Source of the DNA: Acidobacteriota bacterium
GTDB lineage: Bacteria > Acidobacteriota > UBA6911 > RPQK01 > JAJDTT01
Assembly: GCA_965263035.1 (NCBI GenBank)
Contig: OZ253580.1
Coordinates: 1,216,001 to 1,280,000, forward strand
DNA: 64,000 nucleotides
Direction of reading: 5' to 3'
Below are positions 30,776-39,149 of this stretch, one piece after another. The first letter of the stretch is position 1. Each line of letters begins with the position of its first letter. Below the pieces are notes generated by a model that saw nothing but the letters and a program-made list of their open reading frames with translations, did no database searches and was not told where the DNA came from. Both the position numbers and the translations under genes were made by a program.

Positions 30776-30901
30776 GAACCATGACCCTTTCCACGACGCC
30801 TCTCCGAAGACACATCAATAACATAAGAATATGCCATAATTATATTAATATATTGCTATAAATGTATCATTATAATTAATGTGTAAATATTTTGCGGCCC
30901 G

Positions 30902-33532
30902 CTAGTCAATATAGACGAACTCGTTCAAATTGAATATGGTCAAACAGAGTTGCGTCAAGGCCGCGGCCCGGGCCCGGCCGATCGACGAGAGCCCGGCCGG
31001 AACCTCCATTTCCTTCGTTGCCGTGGGCTCCTCCCGGGACAGAGCCTCCAGCAGGGCCAGGGCTTCACGCTTTTCCTCCGCAGAGGGAGGACGGCTCAGG
31101 GCGATCCTCCAGGCATGCTCCACCCAGGCGGACGGGTTGTCCCCGTGGCCGGCCACCAGGCGTTCGGCCAGCTTTCGGGCCTGCCGCAGACCGATCCTGT
31201 GGTTGAGAAACCAGAGGGCCTGGGGCGCCACCGTGGTCACTTGGCGGCGCGGGCAGCTGAGGGAGGAATCGGGCCGGTCGAAGGTCCGGAACATGGGAAA
31301 CGTGAAGCTTCTCCGGGACAGGATGTAGATCCCCCGGCGGGTGTGCTCGGCCGGATCGCCCGAAACCGGCCAGAGGAACGGGGCCGGCAACACGTCCAAC
31401 TCCTCGTCGGTCAAGGGGGGAACCGCGGGGCGTCCGCCCATTTTCAGGTTCAGCGTCCCCGCCACCGAGTGCAGCGTGTCCCACATGACTTCCGCCTCCA
31501 GACGGCGCCGGTTCATGCGCCAGAGGTTGAGGTTGCCGCGGTCCAGTTCGCTGTTTTGCCGGTTGGAATAGCGGCTGGCCATCCGGTAGGTGCTGGAGGA
31601 CATGATCAACCGGTGCATCGATTTGATGTCCCAGCCCCGGGCCACGAACTCCAGGGCCAGCCAATCCAGCAGCTCCGGATGCGTGGGAGGCTCCCCCTGG
31701 GCGCCGTAGTCGTTGGAGGTGTGGACGATTCCCTGCCCGAAGTGCCATTGCCAGAGCCGGTTGACCATCACCCTTGCCGTGAGAGGATGATCGGGACGGC
31801 TCAGCCAGAGGGCCAGTTGCCTGCGCGTCCGCGGAATCGGGTTCTCGGAGGACCCCGGTTCCCAACCGTCCCACTCCCCCAGGTAGTCGAATACGGCCGG
31901 GACGCCGGGAGTCACCCGATCCAGCCGGCGGCCCAGCTCGCCCCGGTCCAGGACGTGAACGTCTGGGATCAGCTCGACCTCCCGGTGACCGAGCACGGAA
32001 GCCTTGGGCACGTCGTAGAGACCGTCGAAATTCACCAGGTGCGAAGCGTCGACTTCGGGCAGGAGCACGACCAGCTTTCCCATTTTCTCCAGGAGCCGCT
32101 TCTTCTCCTCCTTCTCCTCGGGGGTCATCCGATCTTCCCAATCCTTGTCCAGGGCCTTCAGCGCCTTGACCAAGGGTGCGGCGAGCTCAACCTGCTGAGG
32201 AGTCCTCTTCTCGTCCGGAACCCCATGGGCCGAGACCACCTCGGGTGGGAACTCCGATTTGGTGGCCGTAATCATCCGCTTCTTGGTGCCGTCGAGGTAC
32301 AGCTTGTAGACCCTTCTGGCTTCGTCCACGGCGATCATCCGGGAATAGGTCTCGTTCCGGTGGAACCTGGACATCCGCGTCACCACCGGGATCTCCACCG
32401 AATCGCTGGCGGCGAAGACGGCCTGCAGGCGAAAGTAGTCCCGTTGCGAGACGGGATCGAACTTGTGGTCGTGACAGCGGGCGCAGGCCAGAGTCAACCC
32501 CATGAAGACCGCGCCCGTGGTGTCGACCCAGTCGGTCATTCTCTCGTACGCCAGCTTGGGGGCGTCGAGCAGGGATTCGACGATCTCGGGACCGAAGGTA
32601 TAGAGACCGGTGCCGATACGGGCCTCCAAGTGCTCCAGCTTCTCCGGGGAAATGCCGTAGTAGTTGTCGTGGAGTTCCAGATCGTCGGGCCACAGCTCAT
32701 CCCCGGCGATCTGCTCCTGCAGGAACCGGTCGTAGGGTTTGTTCTCGTTCAGGGACTTGATGACGTAGTCGCGATAACGCCAGGAGTTGGGGAAGTACTC
32801 GTCGGTCTCGTAGCCGCCGCTGTCAGCGTAGCGCACCAAGTCCAGCCAGTGTCTGGCCCAGCGCTCACCGTAGCGGGGCGAGGCCAGCAGGTCGCGGATG
32901 AGAATGTCGTAGGCGTGGGGAGAGGAGTCTTGCAGAAAACGGTCCACCTGTTCGGGCGTGGGCGGCAGGCCGGTCAGATCGAAAGCGGCTCTGCGGATCA
33001 GGGTCCGGCTGTCCGCCTCGGGTGCCGGCTCCAGTCCGTGGCTCTCCAGCTTCTCCAGGATGAACGCATCGATGGGATTTCTGACCCGACTCTGGTTCTT
33101 GACCGTGGGAACGGGGGGGAGTCGGGGTCTTCGGAGCGACCACCAAGCCGGTTCGGCAGAACCGGCAGCGGCGGCCGCCGAGTCCCAGGGAGCGCCTCCG
33201 TCGATCCAGTCCCGTAAGGCGTCCAGGTCCCGGGAGGGAAGCGGCGGTTTGCCCGGGGGCATCTTCAACTCCCCGGCGTGAGAGGCCGCCAGGAAGAGCA
33301 GGCTCTCGTCCGACTTGCCGGGAACCAGTGCCGGCCCCTTCCCGCCGCCCGCCAGCATCGCCTCGCGATGCCGCAGGTCCAAGCCGGACATCCGCTGCTC
33401 CCCGTGGCAGGAAACACAGTTGCGCTGCAGGATTCTCCTGGCCGTTTCCTGGAGCGGGGACCCCGATTGCGCGGAGAAGGAGGACAACGTCAGGAACAGG
33501 ATGGATATCGCGGCGGCAATTGTATTCAACAC
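30902..33532 (-). CDS. Planctomycete cytochrome c / DUF1549 / DUF1553 (PSCyt2-PSD1) protein
   Basis: CVSCH, YGERWARHWLD, CARCHDHKFDP, TARVMVNRLWQWHFG, PTHPELLDWLA, NEFVYID. Confidence 0.93.
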   Translation of the reverse strand: MLNTIAAAISILFLTLSSFSAQSGSPLQETARRILQRNCVSCHGEQRMSGLDLRHREAMLAGGGKGPALVPGKSDESLLFLAASHAGELKMPPGKPPLPSRDLDALRDWIDGGAPWDSAAAAAGSAEPAWWSLRRPRLPPVPTVKNQSRVRNPIDAFILEKLESHGLEPAPEADSRTLIRRAAFDLTGLPPTPEQVDRFLQDSSPHAYDILIRDLLASPRYGERWARHWLDLVRYADSGGYETDEYFPNSWRYRDYVIKSLNENKPYDRFLQEQIAGDELWPDDLELHDNYYGISPEKLEHLEARIGTGLYTFGPEIVESLLDAPKLAYERMTDWVDTTGAVFMGLTLACARCHDHKFDPVSQRDYFRLQAVFAASDSVEIPVVTRMSRFHRNETYSRMIAVDEARRVYKLYLDGTKKRMITATKSEFPPEVVSAHGVPDEKRTPQQVELAAPLVKALKALDKDWEDRMTPEEKEEKKRLLEKMGKLVVLLPEVDASHLVNFDGLYDVPKASVLGHREVELIPDVHVLDRGELGRRLDRVTPGVPAVFDYLGEWDGWEPGSSENPIPRTRRQLALWLSRPDHPLTARVMVNRLWQWHFGQGIVHTSNDYGAQGEPPTHPELLDWLALEFVARGWDIKSMHRLIMSSSTYRMASRYSNRQNSELDRGNLNLWRMNRRRLEAEVMWDTLHSVAGTLNLKMGGRPAVPPLTDEELDVLPAPFLWPVSGDPAEHTRRGIYILSRRSFTFPMFRTFDRPDSSLSCPRRQVTTVAPQALWFLNHRIGLRQARKLAERLVAGHGDNPSAWVEHAWRIALSRPPSAEEKREALALLEALSREEPTATKEMEVPAGLSSIGRARAAALTQLCLTIFNLNEFVYID

Positions 33533-33833
33533 TGACCTAACGCGCTAATGCTTCCCCTTCGCAGCAGGAAATCGACTTAGATTCATGTCCAACGACTATT
33601 GTTTCCGCATCCGGAGTTCACATTCTCACCTGTGACAGAATCGTGAGCAACATTGCCGCATAGTGGGCTCTTCGATTGAAACGTCGCAGCCGGCCGTCCG
33701 CAGCCGGACCCAATCCCGATAGGTGATCGAGGCGTTCCGACTTCTGGGATCCGGCGGCCTTCCCCGGCCAGTTTTCGAGTCCCATACACCCCCGAATCCG
33801 GCGGCCGGAGAGCCCGTGCTCCCGTCTCAGCTC

Positions 33834-34226
33834 TTACGGCGTCGGCCGGCGGGTTACGGCCCGCAGAGTTCGATCGAAGGTCATGACCTCGCTGACGCCG
33901 CGCCTGCGACAGCTGGCAAAATGGCAGAGGTCTCGGGCTCCCAGCATAGGATATTGCTCATGGAGTTGCCTGGCCAACGTGACATCCTCCTCCTCCAGCG
34001 GCCACACCTGCACCCGGGACCGGGCCACCAGCGCCATCGCCGCATCGAGCGCCTCCACTCTCGCGACCGGAAGATACGCATGGACCAATTCCTGCAAGAC
34101 CTCCGTCGACGTACACAGGGGAGTCCGATTCCCGTTGCACATGAGGAAGAATTCCCGGGCTATCCTCCGAAGTGGATGTGGCCGTCCTACCGCGTACACG
34201 AAGACATTGGTGTCGACGAAGATCAT
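33834..34226 (-). CDS. vapC: VapC (PIN) toxin
   Basis: MIFVDTNVFVYAVG.PHP, EVLQE, ARD..H, TFD; ATGA coupling with upstream antitoxin. Confidence 0.9.
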   Translation of the reverse strand: MIFVDTNVFVYAVGRPHPLRRIAREFFLMCNGNRTPLCTSTEVLQELVHAYLPVARVEALDAAMALVARSRVQVWPLEEEDVTLARQLHEQYPMLGARDLCHFASCRRRGVSEVMTFDRTLRAVTRRPTP

Positions 34227-34498
34227 GTTCCGCCAATACCGCTTCTCCGCGATTCGTTGATGACCTCCAGGTGCTCCTCCCAGTCCGGTTCCACCTTGGG
34301 ACCTTCCAATGCGTCGCACTCCCGGAAGAATCGGTGCAGGTCCTCCGCCGATTCGAAGGGTACGGAACGCTGTTTTTCCGCGAGCCGCTGGCGCGCGGCG
34401 GCTCTCAGCCAACCACTCAACGACATGCCCTCTATTCGCGCCTGGTGGCGGAAACGGTCGCGGTCTTCATCGGGGATCAGGAGCTGAACTCTGGCCAT
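34223..34498 (-). CDS. RHH-type antitoxin
   Basis: MARVQLLIPDED...EGMSLSGWLRAAA; directly upstream of PIN gene. Confidence 0.8.
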   Translation of the reverse strand: MARVQLLIPDEDRDRFRHQARIEGMSLSGWLRAAARQRLAEKQRSVPFESAEDLHRFFRECDALEGPKVEPDWEEHLEVINESRRSGIGGT

Positions 34499-34522
34499 GG
34501 CACTAACCTGTATCTGCGATAG

Positions 34523-34547
34523 GGATGTGTATGAAATATACACATCC
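34523..34547. promoter_or_regulatory. Putative TA operator
   Basis: GGATGTGTAT-N5-ATACACATCC perfect inverted repeat. Confidence 0.6.
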
Positions 34548-34668
34548 TGTTCCTAGTCGACAAGTGTGTGGCCAGGCTGCAAACGCTGACTGTGACGAAT
34601 CTCCCAGCGCTACGCCTCATACTGGTCGGATGTGCTGGCGTCGGCGTTGATCCATCGTCCGGGGTTCG

Positions 34669-35073
34669 TCAGAACAATTCGCTGATTGCCTCTTGGGGGC
34701 TGATCGCCGGGATCGGCGAGCGCCGGAAGTCCTTCATGTTCCTCGTCACGATGTACCGAGCCCCGCAGGCATCGGCGGCGGCGACTTGCATAGCGTCCTC
34801 GAAGTCGGTCATTGGAAGCGCGGCCGCGTAACGAATCGCTTCAGTACCAGTTTCTGCGACCTCCACGAAGCGGGTCAGTTCCAGGATGAAATCGCGCGCC
34901 GTTTTCTCTCCATGTGAGGGAGCCACCATGTAGAAGAAGTTCGAGACCGAATGCCATGCGATAAACGCTTTTTGATAGCCATGCTCAAGCCGGTCGAGAA
35001 TCTCCGAGGCCAAGTCCGAGTGGGGGCTCCTGTCGAGCGCGACGTCGATGAGGACATCGGTGTCGAGGAGCAT
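34669..35073 (-). CDS. PIN domain toxin
   Basis: LLDTDVLIDVALDR.PH, DFEDAMQVAAA, IVTRN.KDF. Confidence 0.9.
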   Translation of the reverse strand: MLLDTDVLIDVALDRSPHSDLASEILDRLEHGYQKAFIAWHSVSNFFYMVAPSHGEKTARDFILELTRFVEVAETGTEAIRYAAALPMTDFEDAMQVAAADACGARYIVTRNMKDFRRSPIPAISPQEAISELF

Positions 35074-35294
35074 CAGAGGTACTTCCTGGCCAGCCTTTCG
35101 TAGCGCAGGTCGTCACGGTGTGCGGCCTGGAAACGACCCCTCCACCGCGAGGCGAAGGAGGGTGTGTCCTCCCCTGTCATATCTCGGAGCGATTGTTCGA
35201 TGAGGGACGACAGCGACACCCGGCGAGACCGGGCATAACGCTTGGCCCTGGGGATCAACTCGGCATCCACCGTGATCGTCAGCTTTTTCTTCAT
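35073..35294 (-). CDS. DUF6364-type RHH antitoxin
   Basis: MKKKLTITVD...AKRYA....SLSSLIE...YERLARKYL; TGATG coupling. Confidence 0.85.
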   Translation of the reverse strand: MKKKLTITVDAELIPRAKRYARSRRVSLSSLIEQSLRDMTGEDTPSFASRWRGRFQAAHRDDLRYERLARKYL

Positions 35295-35321
35295 CTCTGA
35301 TCGTCGTCCTCCCTGGAAACG

Positions 35322-35353
35322 ACTATACGTATAGTATCCACTAGTATACGTAT
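35322..35353. promoter_or_regulatory. Putative TA operator pair
   Basis: Palindrome ACTATACGTATAGT and a second TATACGTAT upstream of the antitoxin. Confidence 0.55.
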
Positions 35354-35480
35354 TACCCTCTTGCGTTCAAAGTCTGACGAATCCGCGCGTTGCCCATACG
35401 CCGGCAAGTGTGAGGTACACGGAGGCTGGGGTTTGACCAGTTACTCCATATAACGATGATTACAGCGGAAGGACGATCCA

Positions 35481-35708
35481 GTGCTCTCTTTCAAGGTAAC
35501 CTCCATCGGCTCCTCGTCCGGCATCATTGTGACCAAGGTGGCAAGGGCACGGCTCAGGGTGAAAAAGGGCGACACTCTCTATCTCACTGAAGCCCTGCAC
35601 GGGGCCTGGCGAATGACGCCCTACAACGCCGAACTCACGAGCGAGATGAAACTGGCTGAAGAGATCATGCATGAAGATCGCGAGGTTTTGAGGGCGCTGG
35701 CGAAGTGA
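35481..35708 (+). CDS. AbrB/MazE-like antitoxin (Doc partner type), orphan
   Basis: KVTSIGSSSGII...KGDTLYLTE...TPY...AEEIMHEDREVLRALAK; no toxin follows. Confidence 0.75.
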   Translation: MLSFKVTSIGSSSGIIVTKVARARLRVKKGDTLYLTEALHGAWRMTPYNAELTSEMKLAEEIMHEDREVLRALAK

Positions 35709-35811
35709 CTCCGATTGACGTTTTTGCCTGAGACGGTCCGGGCGGGCGAATGGCCGGATCGCCAGAATCCGGTCAAGACTTCCGCCGATTTTTGGTTTAG
35801 ACTACGCGCCA

Positions 35812-36747
35812 ATGTGCGGCATTGTCGGGTACCTGAACCGTAGCGGCTCCGGGGCCGGCGCCCCCATCGGGTCGATTCTCCTGGGGATGCTCAAGAGCCT
35901 GGACTGCCGGGGGCCCGACTCGGCCGGCGTCGCCATCTTCGGCCCCACCCGGACACCGAATCTCAAGCTGCGGATCAAGTTGAACGGTGCGAGCGACCTC
36001 CGCGACTCGGCGGACCGGGCGCGCGGGATCGTGTCCCGCCGGCTTCCCGTCCTGGAAGCGGACGTCGTCCACGAGTACCTGCAACTGCTCGTGGGACCGG
36101 TGGAAGACCCCGAGTCCGTTCTGCCTCGGCTGGAGCGGGACCTGGAGGACTTCGAACTGGTCAGCGGCGGCCGCCAGTTGGAAATCGTCAAGCAGGTCGG
36201 GTCGCCCACCCGTCTGGACACCGGCTACGGGATCTCCCAACTGACCGGGACCCACGGCATCGGCCACACCCGCCTCTCCACCGAGAGCCGTGTCGACCTG
36301 AGCCACTCCCAGCCCTTCGGAGTCCACGGCGTCGCCGATCTGGCCACGGTCCACAACGGACACATCACCAACTACCACAAGCTGCGGGGCCGCTACGAAC
36401 AGATGGGCGTCCGCTTCTTCACCGCGAACGACTCGGAGGTCATCGGCGTCTACCTGGCCCATCAGATGTCCCTGGGCCGGACCTTCCGGGAGGCGCTGGA
36501 GTCCTCGCTGGACGACTTCGACGGCTCCTTCTCCTACTTGGCCGCCTCCGGCAACGAGTTCGCCTACGCCAAGGACCGGTTCGGATTCAAGCCGCTGCTG
36601 GTGGCCGAGTCGGAGGACTGGGTTGCCATCGCCACCGAAGAGATCGCCCTCCGGTCCACCCTGACCGGAGATTTCGACGCCTTGGAGCCGGGGGTGAACC
36701 AAATCCGAATCTGGTCCCTGCCCCAGCCGGACGCAGAGACGGTGTAA
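35812..36747 (+). CDS. mgsA: N-methylglutamate synthase subunit A (class II glutamine amidotransferase)
   Basis: MCGIVG, RGPDSAG, IGHTRLSTES, VHNG.ITNY, NDSEV, D.FGFKP; followed by GXGXG and FMN subunits. Confidence 0.8.
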   Translation: MCGIVGYLNRSGSGAGAPIGSILLGMLKSLDCRGPDSAGVAIFGPTRTPNLKLRIKLNGASDLRDSADRARGIVSRRLPVLEADVVHEYLQLLVGPVEDPESVLPRLERDLEDFELVSGGRQLEIVKQVGSPTRLDTGYGISQLTGTHGIGHTRLSTESRVDLSHSQPFGVHGVADLATVHNGHITNYHKLRGRYEQMGVRFFTANDSEVIGVYLAHQMSLGRTFREALESSLDDFDGSFSYLAASGNEFAYAKDRFGFKPLLVAESEDWVAIATEEIALRSTLTGDFDALEPGVNQIRIWSLPQPDAETV

Positions 36748-37439
36748 TGGGAGTCGAGGTGAGGGCCGACGATCGGAGTTCCCGGGAGATCAACGATCAG
36801 ATCAAGGATCTGATCCGATCGGGAGAGACACGGATCCGGGTCCTGGGGACCCAGGCCCAGCACAATCTGGCCGTGGGGATCCTGTCTCAGGTCTCCATCT
36901 CCTTCGAAGGCAGCGTGGGCTACTATTGCGGCGGCCTCATGGACGGACCGGACCTGGAGATCCTGGGCAGCGCGGGATGGGGTCTCGGGGAGTCCATGGC
37001 TTCGGGCACCATCCAGGTCACGGGAAACGCCGGCAACGGCTGCGGCGCCTCCATTCGCGGGGGCACACTGGCGGTCCGCGGCAGCACGGCGGCCCGGGCA
37101 GGCATCAGCATGAAGGGGGGGCTCCTCATCATCGGCGGCAGCTGCGGGTACATGACCGGATTCATGAGTCAGAAGGGAACGGTGATCGTCTGCGGGAACG
37201 CGGGCCCCGGCCTGGGCGACTCCATGTATGAAGGCCGGATCTTCGTCGGGGGCGAGATCCAGGAACTGGGCAACGACGCCGTGGTCGAAGAACCGGACCA
37301 GGAGGACTGGGACTTCCTGACCCGGAATTTGGAGCCCCGGGGCTTCCCGGTCCCCGCCTCCTTCAAGAAAGTCGTCTCCGGCCGGCGCCTCTGGAACTTC
37401 AACCGCAAGGAGCGGGATCTCTGGAAGGAGGTCTTGTGA
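36747..37439 (+). CDS. mgsB: N-methylglutamate synthase subunit B (GXGXG domain)
   Basis: HNLAVG, GSVGYYCGG, ARAGISMKGG, LGDSMYEG. Confidence 0.82.
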   Translation: MGVEVRADDRSSREINDQIKDLIRSGETRIRVLGTQAQHNLAVGILSQVSISFEGSVGYYCGGLMDGPDLEILGSAGWGLGESMASGTIQVTGNAGNGCGASIRGGTLAVRGSTAARAGISMKGGLLIIGGSCGYMTGFMSQKGTVIVCGNAGPGLGDSMYEGRIFVGGEIQELGNDAVVEEPDQEDWDFLTRNLEPRGFPVPASFKKVVSGRRLWNFNRKERDLWKEVL

Positions 37440-38776
37440 CGGAACCGAGAGCTACCCGGCAGAGCGGAATCTACAGCCCCGACGTGATCGAGGACATCCA
37501 GACCAAGGCGGAGCTGGGACGCTACCGAATACGCGGTTTCGGAACCTTGCGGACCCGTCCCATGCCCACCCTGGACGATCTGGTGTTCATCCCCTGCACC
37601 CTGACCCGGATTCCGCTGGAGGGGTACCGGGAGAGGTGCAGCACCCGCACCGTCCTGGGGGCGCGCCACGCCCGCAAGCCCATCGTCCTGGACACCCCGG
37701 TCATGGTGACGGGGATGAGCTACGGCGCCCTCTCCTACAACGCCAAGGTGGCCCTGGCCCAGGGAGCGTCCCGGGTCGGCTCCTCCACCACCACCGGAGA
37801 CGGGGGCATGCTTCCGGCCGAACGGGAACACTCCAAGGTCCTGATCTACGAGGTTCTCCCCAGCCGCTACGGCATCGACGTCCATCACATGAAGATGGCC
37901 GACGGCATCGAGCTGACCATCGGCCAGGGCGCCAAGCCGGGAACCGGAGGAATGCTGCTGGGCTCCAAGGTTTCCAGCGAGATCGCCGGAATGCGGGACC
38001 TTCCCGACGGAGTCGATCAGCGGAGCCCCTGCCGGCACCCCGACTTCCTGGGTCCCGACGACATGATCATCAAGATCGAGGAGCTGCGGGAGGCCACCGA
38101 CTGGCAGGTGCCCATCTTCGTCAAGATGGGGGCCACGCGGGTCTTCGACGACGTCAAGCTGGCGGCCAAGGCCGGAGCCGACGTGGTGGTGGTCGACGGC
38201 ATGGAGGGAGGGACCGGCGCCTCGCCCGACATGCTCATGGACCACACCGGCATCCCCACGCTGGCCGCGGTCTGTGAGGCCCGCGCCGCCCTGGAGGACC
38301 TGGGCCTCTTCGGAGAGGTGCAGCTGATCATGGCCGGGGGCATCCGCAGCGGCACCGACGTGGCCAAAGCCCTGGCTCTGGGCGCCGATGCCGTCTATAT
38401 GGGGACGGCCTTCCTGATCGCCCTCAACTGCAACAAGCCCATCTACGTGGAGGACTACCACCAGTTGGGGACCGAGCCCTACGCGTGCCACCACTGCCAC
38501 ACCGGGCTCTGCCCCGTGGGGATCACCACCCAGGATCCGGAACTCGTGGCCCGTTTGCCCATCGACGAAGCGGCCGACCGGGTGGCCAACTTCTTCCAGG
38601 CCATGAACTCGGAGATCCAGATGCTGGCGCGAGCCTGCGGCAAGTCCGACATCCACGACCTGGACCCGGAGGACCTTCGGGCGCTGACTCTGGAGTCCTC
38701 CATGATCGCCGAAGTGCCTCTGGTGGGAACCCGCCGGGTCTTCGGAGGAGGAGCCGGTTGGAAGGAATCCCATTGA
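37436..38776 (+). CDS. mgsC: N-methylglutamate synthase subunit C (FMN-binding glutamate synthase family)
   Basis: GMSYGALS, TTGDGGM, GQGAKPG.GG, RSPCRHPD, GGIRSGTD, CHHCHTGLCPVGITTQ. Confidence 0.85.
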   Translation: MTEPRATRQSGIYSPDVIEDIQTKAELGRYRIRGFGTLRTRPMPTLDDLVFIPCTLTRIPLEGYRERCSTRTVLGARHARKPIVLDTPVMVTGMSYGALSYNAKVALAQGASRVGSSTTTGDGGMLPAEREHSKVLIYEVLPSRYGIDVHHMKMADGIELTIGQGAKPGTGGMLLGSKVSSEIAGMRDLPDGVDQRSPCRHPDFLGPDDMIIKIEELREATDWQVPIFVKMGATRVFDDVKLAAKAGADVVVVDGMEGGTGASPDMLMDHTGIPTLAAVCEARAALEDLGLFGEVQLIMAGGIRSGTDVAKALALGADAVYMGTAFLIALNCNKPIYVEDYHQLGTEPYACHHCHTGLCPVGITTQDPELVARLPIDEAADRVANFFQAMNSEIQMLARACGKSDIHDLDPEDLRALTLESSMIAEVPLVGTRRVFGGGAGWKESH

Positions 38777-38849
38777 GCGGCCACTCCTGCGTACGACTCG
38801 GCCGGACCGTCTCGAGATCGCACCTCCATTTCCCTGCCGGGAGTCTTCC

Positions 38850-39149
38850 GTGTCCTTTCTGATGAGCTGCCCCAACTGCGGCCCCCGCTCCGCCTACGAG
38901 TTCCACTGCGCGGGGGAGTACCAGAAGCGGCCCGCGCAAGGGGCGCCGGAGCGGGAATGGGCCCGCTACCGCTATTTCCGGAAGAACCACCCCGGGGAGC
39001 AGCTGGAGTGGTGGCTTCACTCCACGGGCTGCCGTTGCTGGTTCCTGGCCAGGCGCGTCGCCGCCTCCAATAAAGTGATCTCCAGCTTCTGGCCCCACGA
39101 GCTGGGCGGGTCCCAGGCCGGACCGGACGGAGGCGGACAGGCGTCATGA
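38850..39149 (+). CDS. soxD: Sarcosine oxidase/N-methylglutamate dehydrogenase delta subunit (MgdB)
   Basis: CPNCGPR...EF, RKN..G...EWWLH..GC..W. Confidence 0.88.
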   Translation: MSFLMSCPNCGPRSAYEFHCAGEYQKRPAQGAPEREWARYRYFRKNHPGEQLEWWLHSTGCRCWFLARRVAASNKVISSFWPHELGGSQAGPDGGGQAS

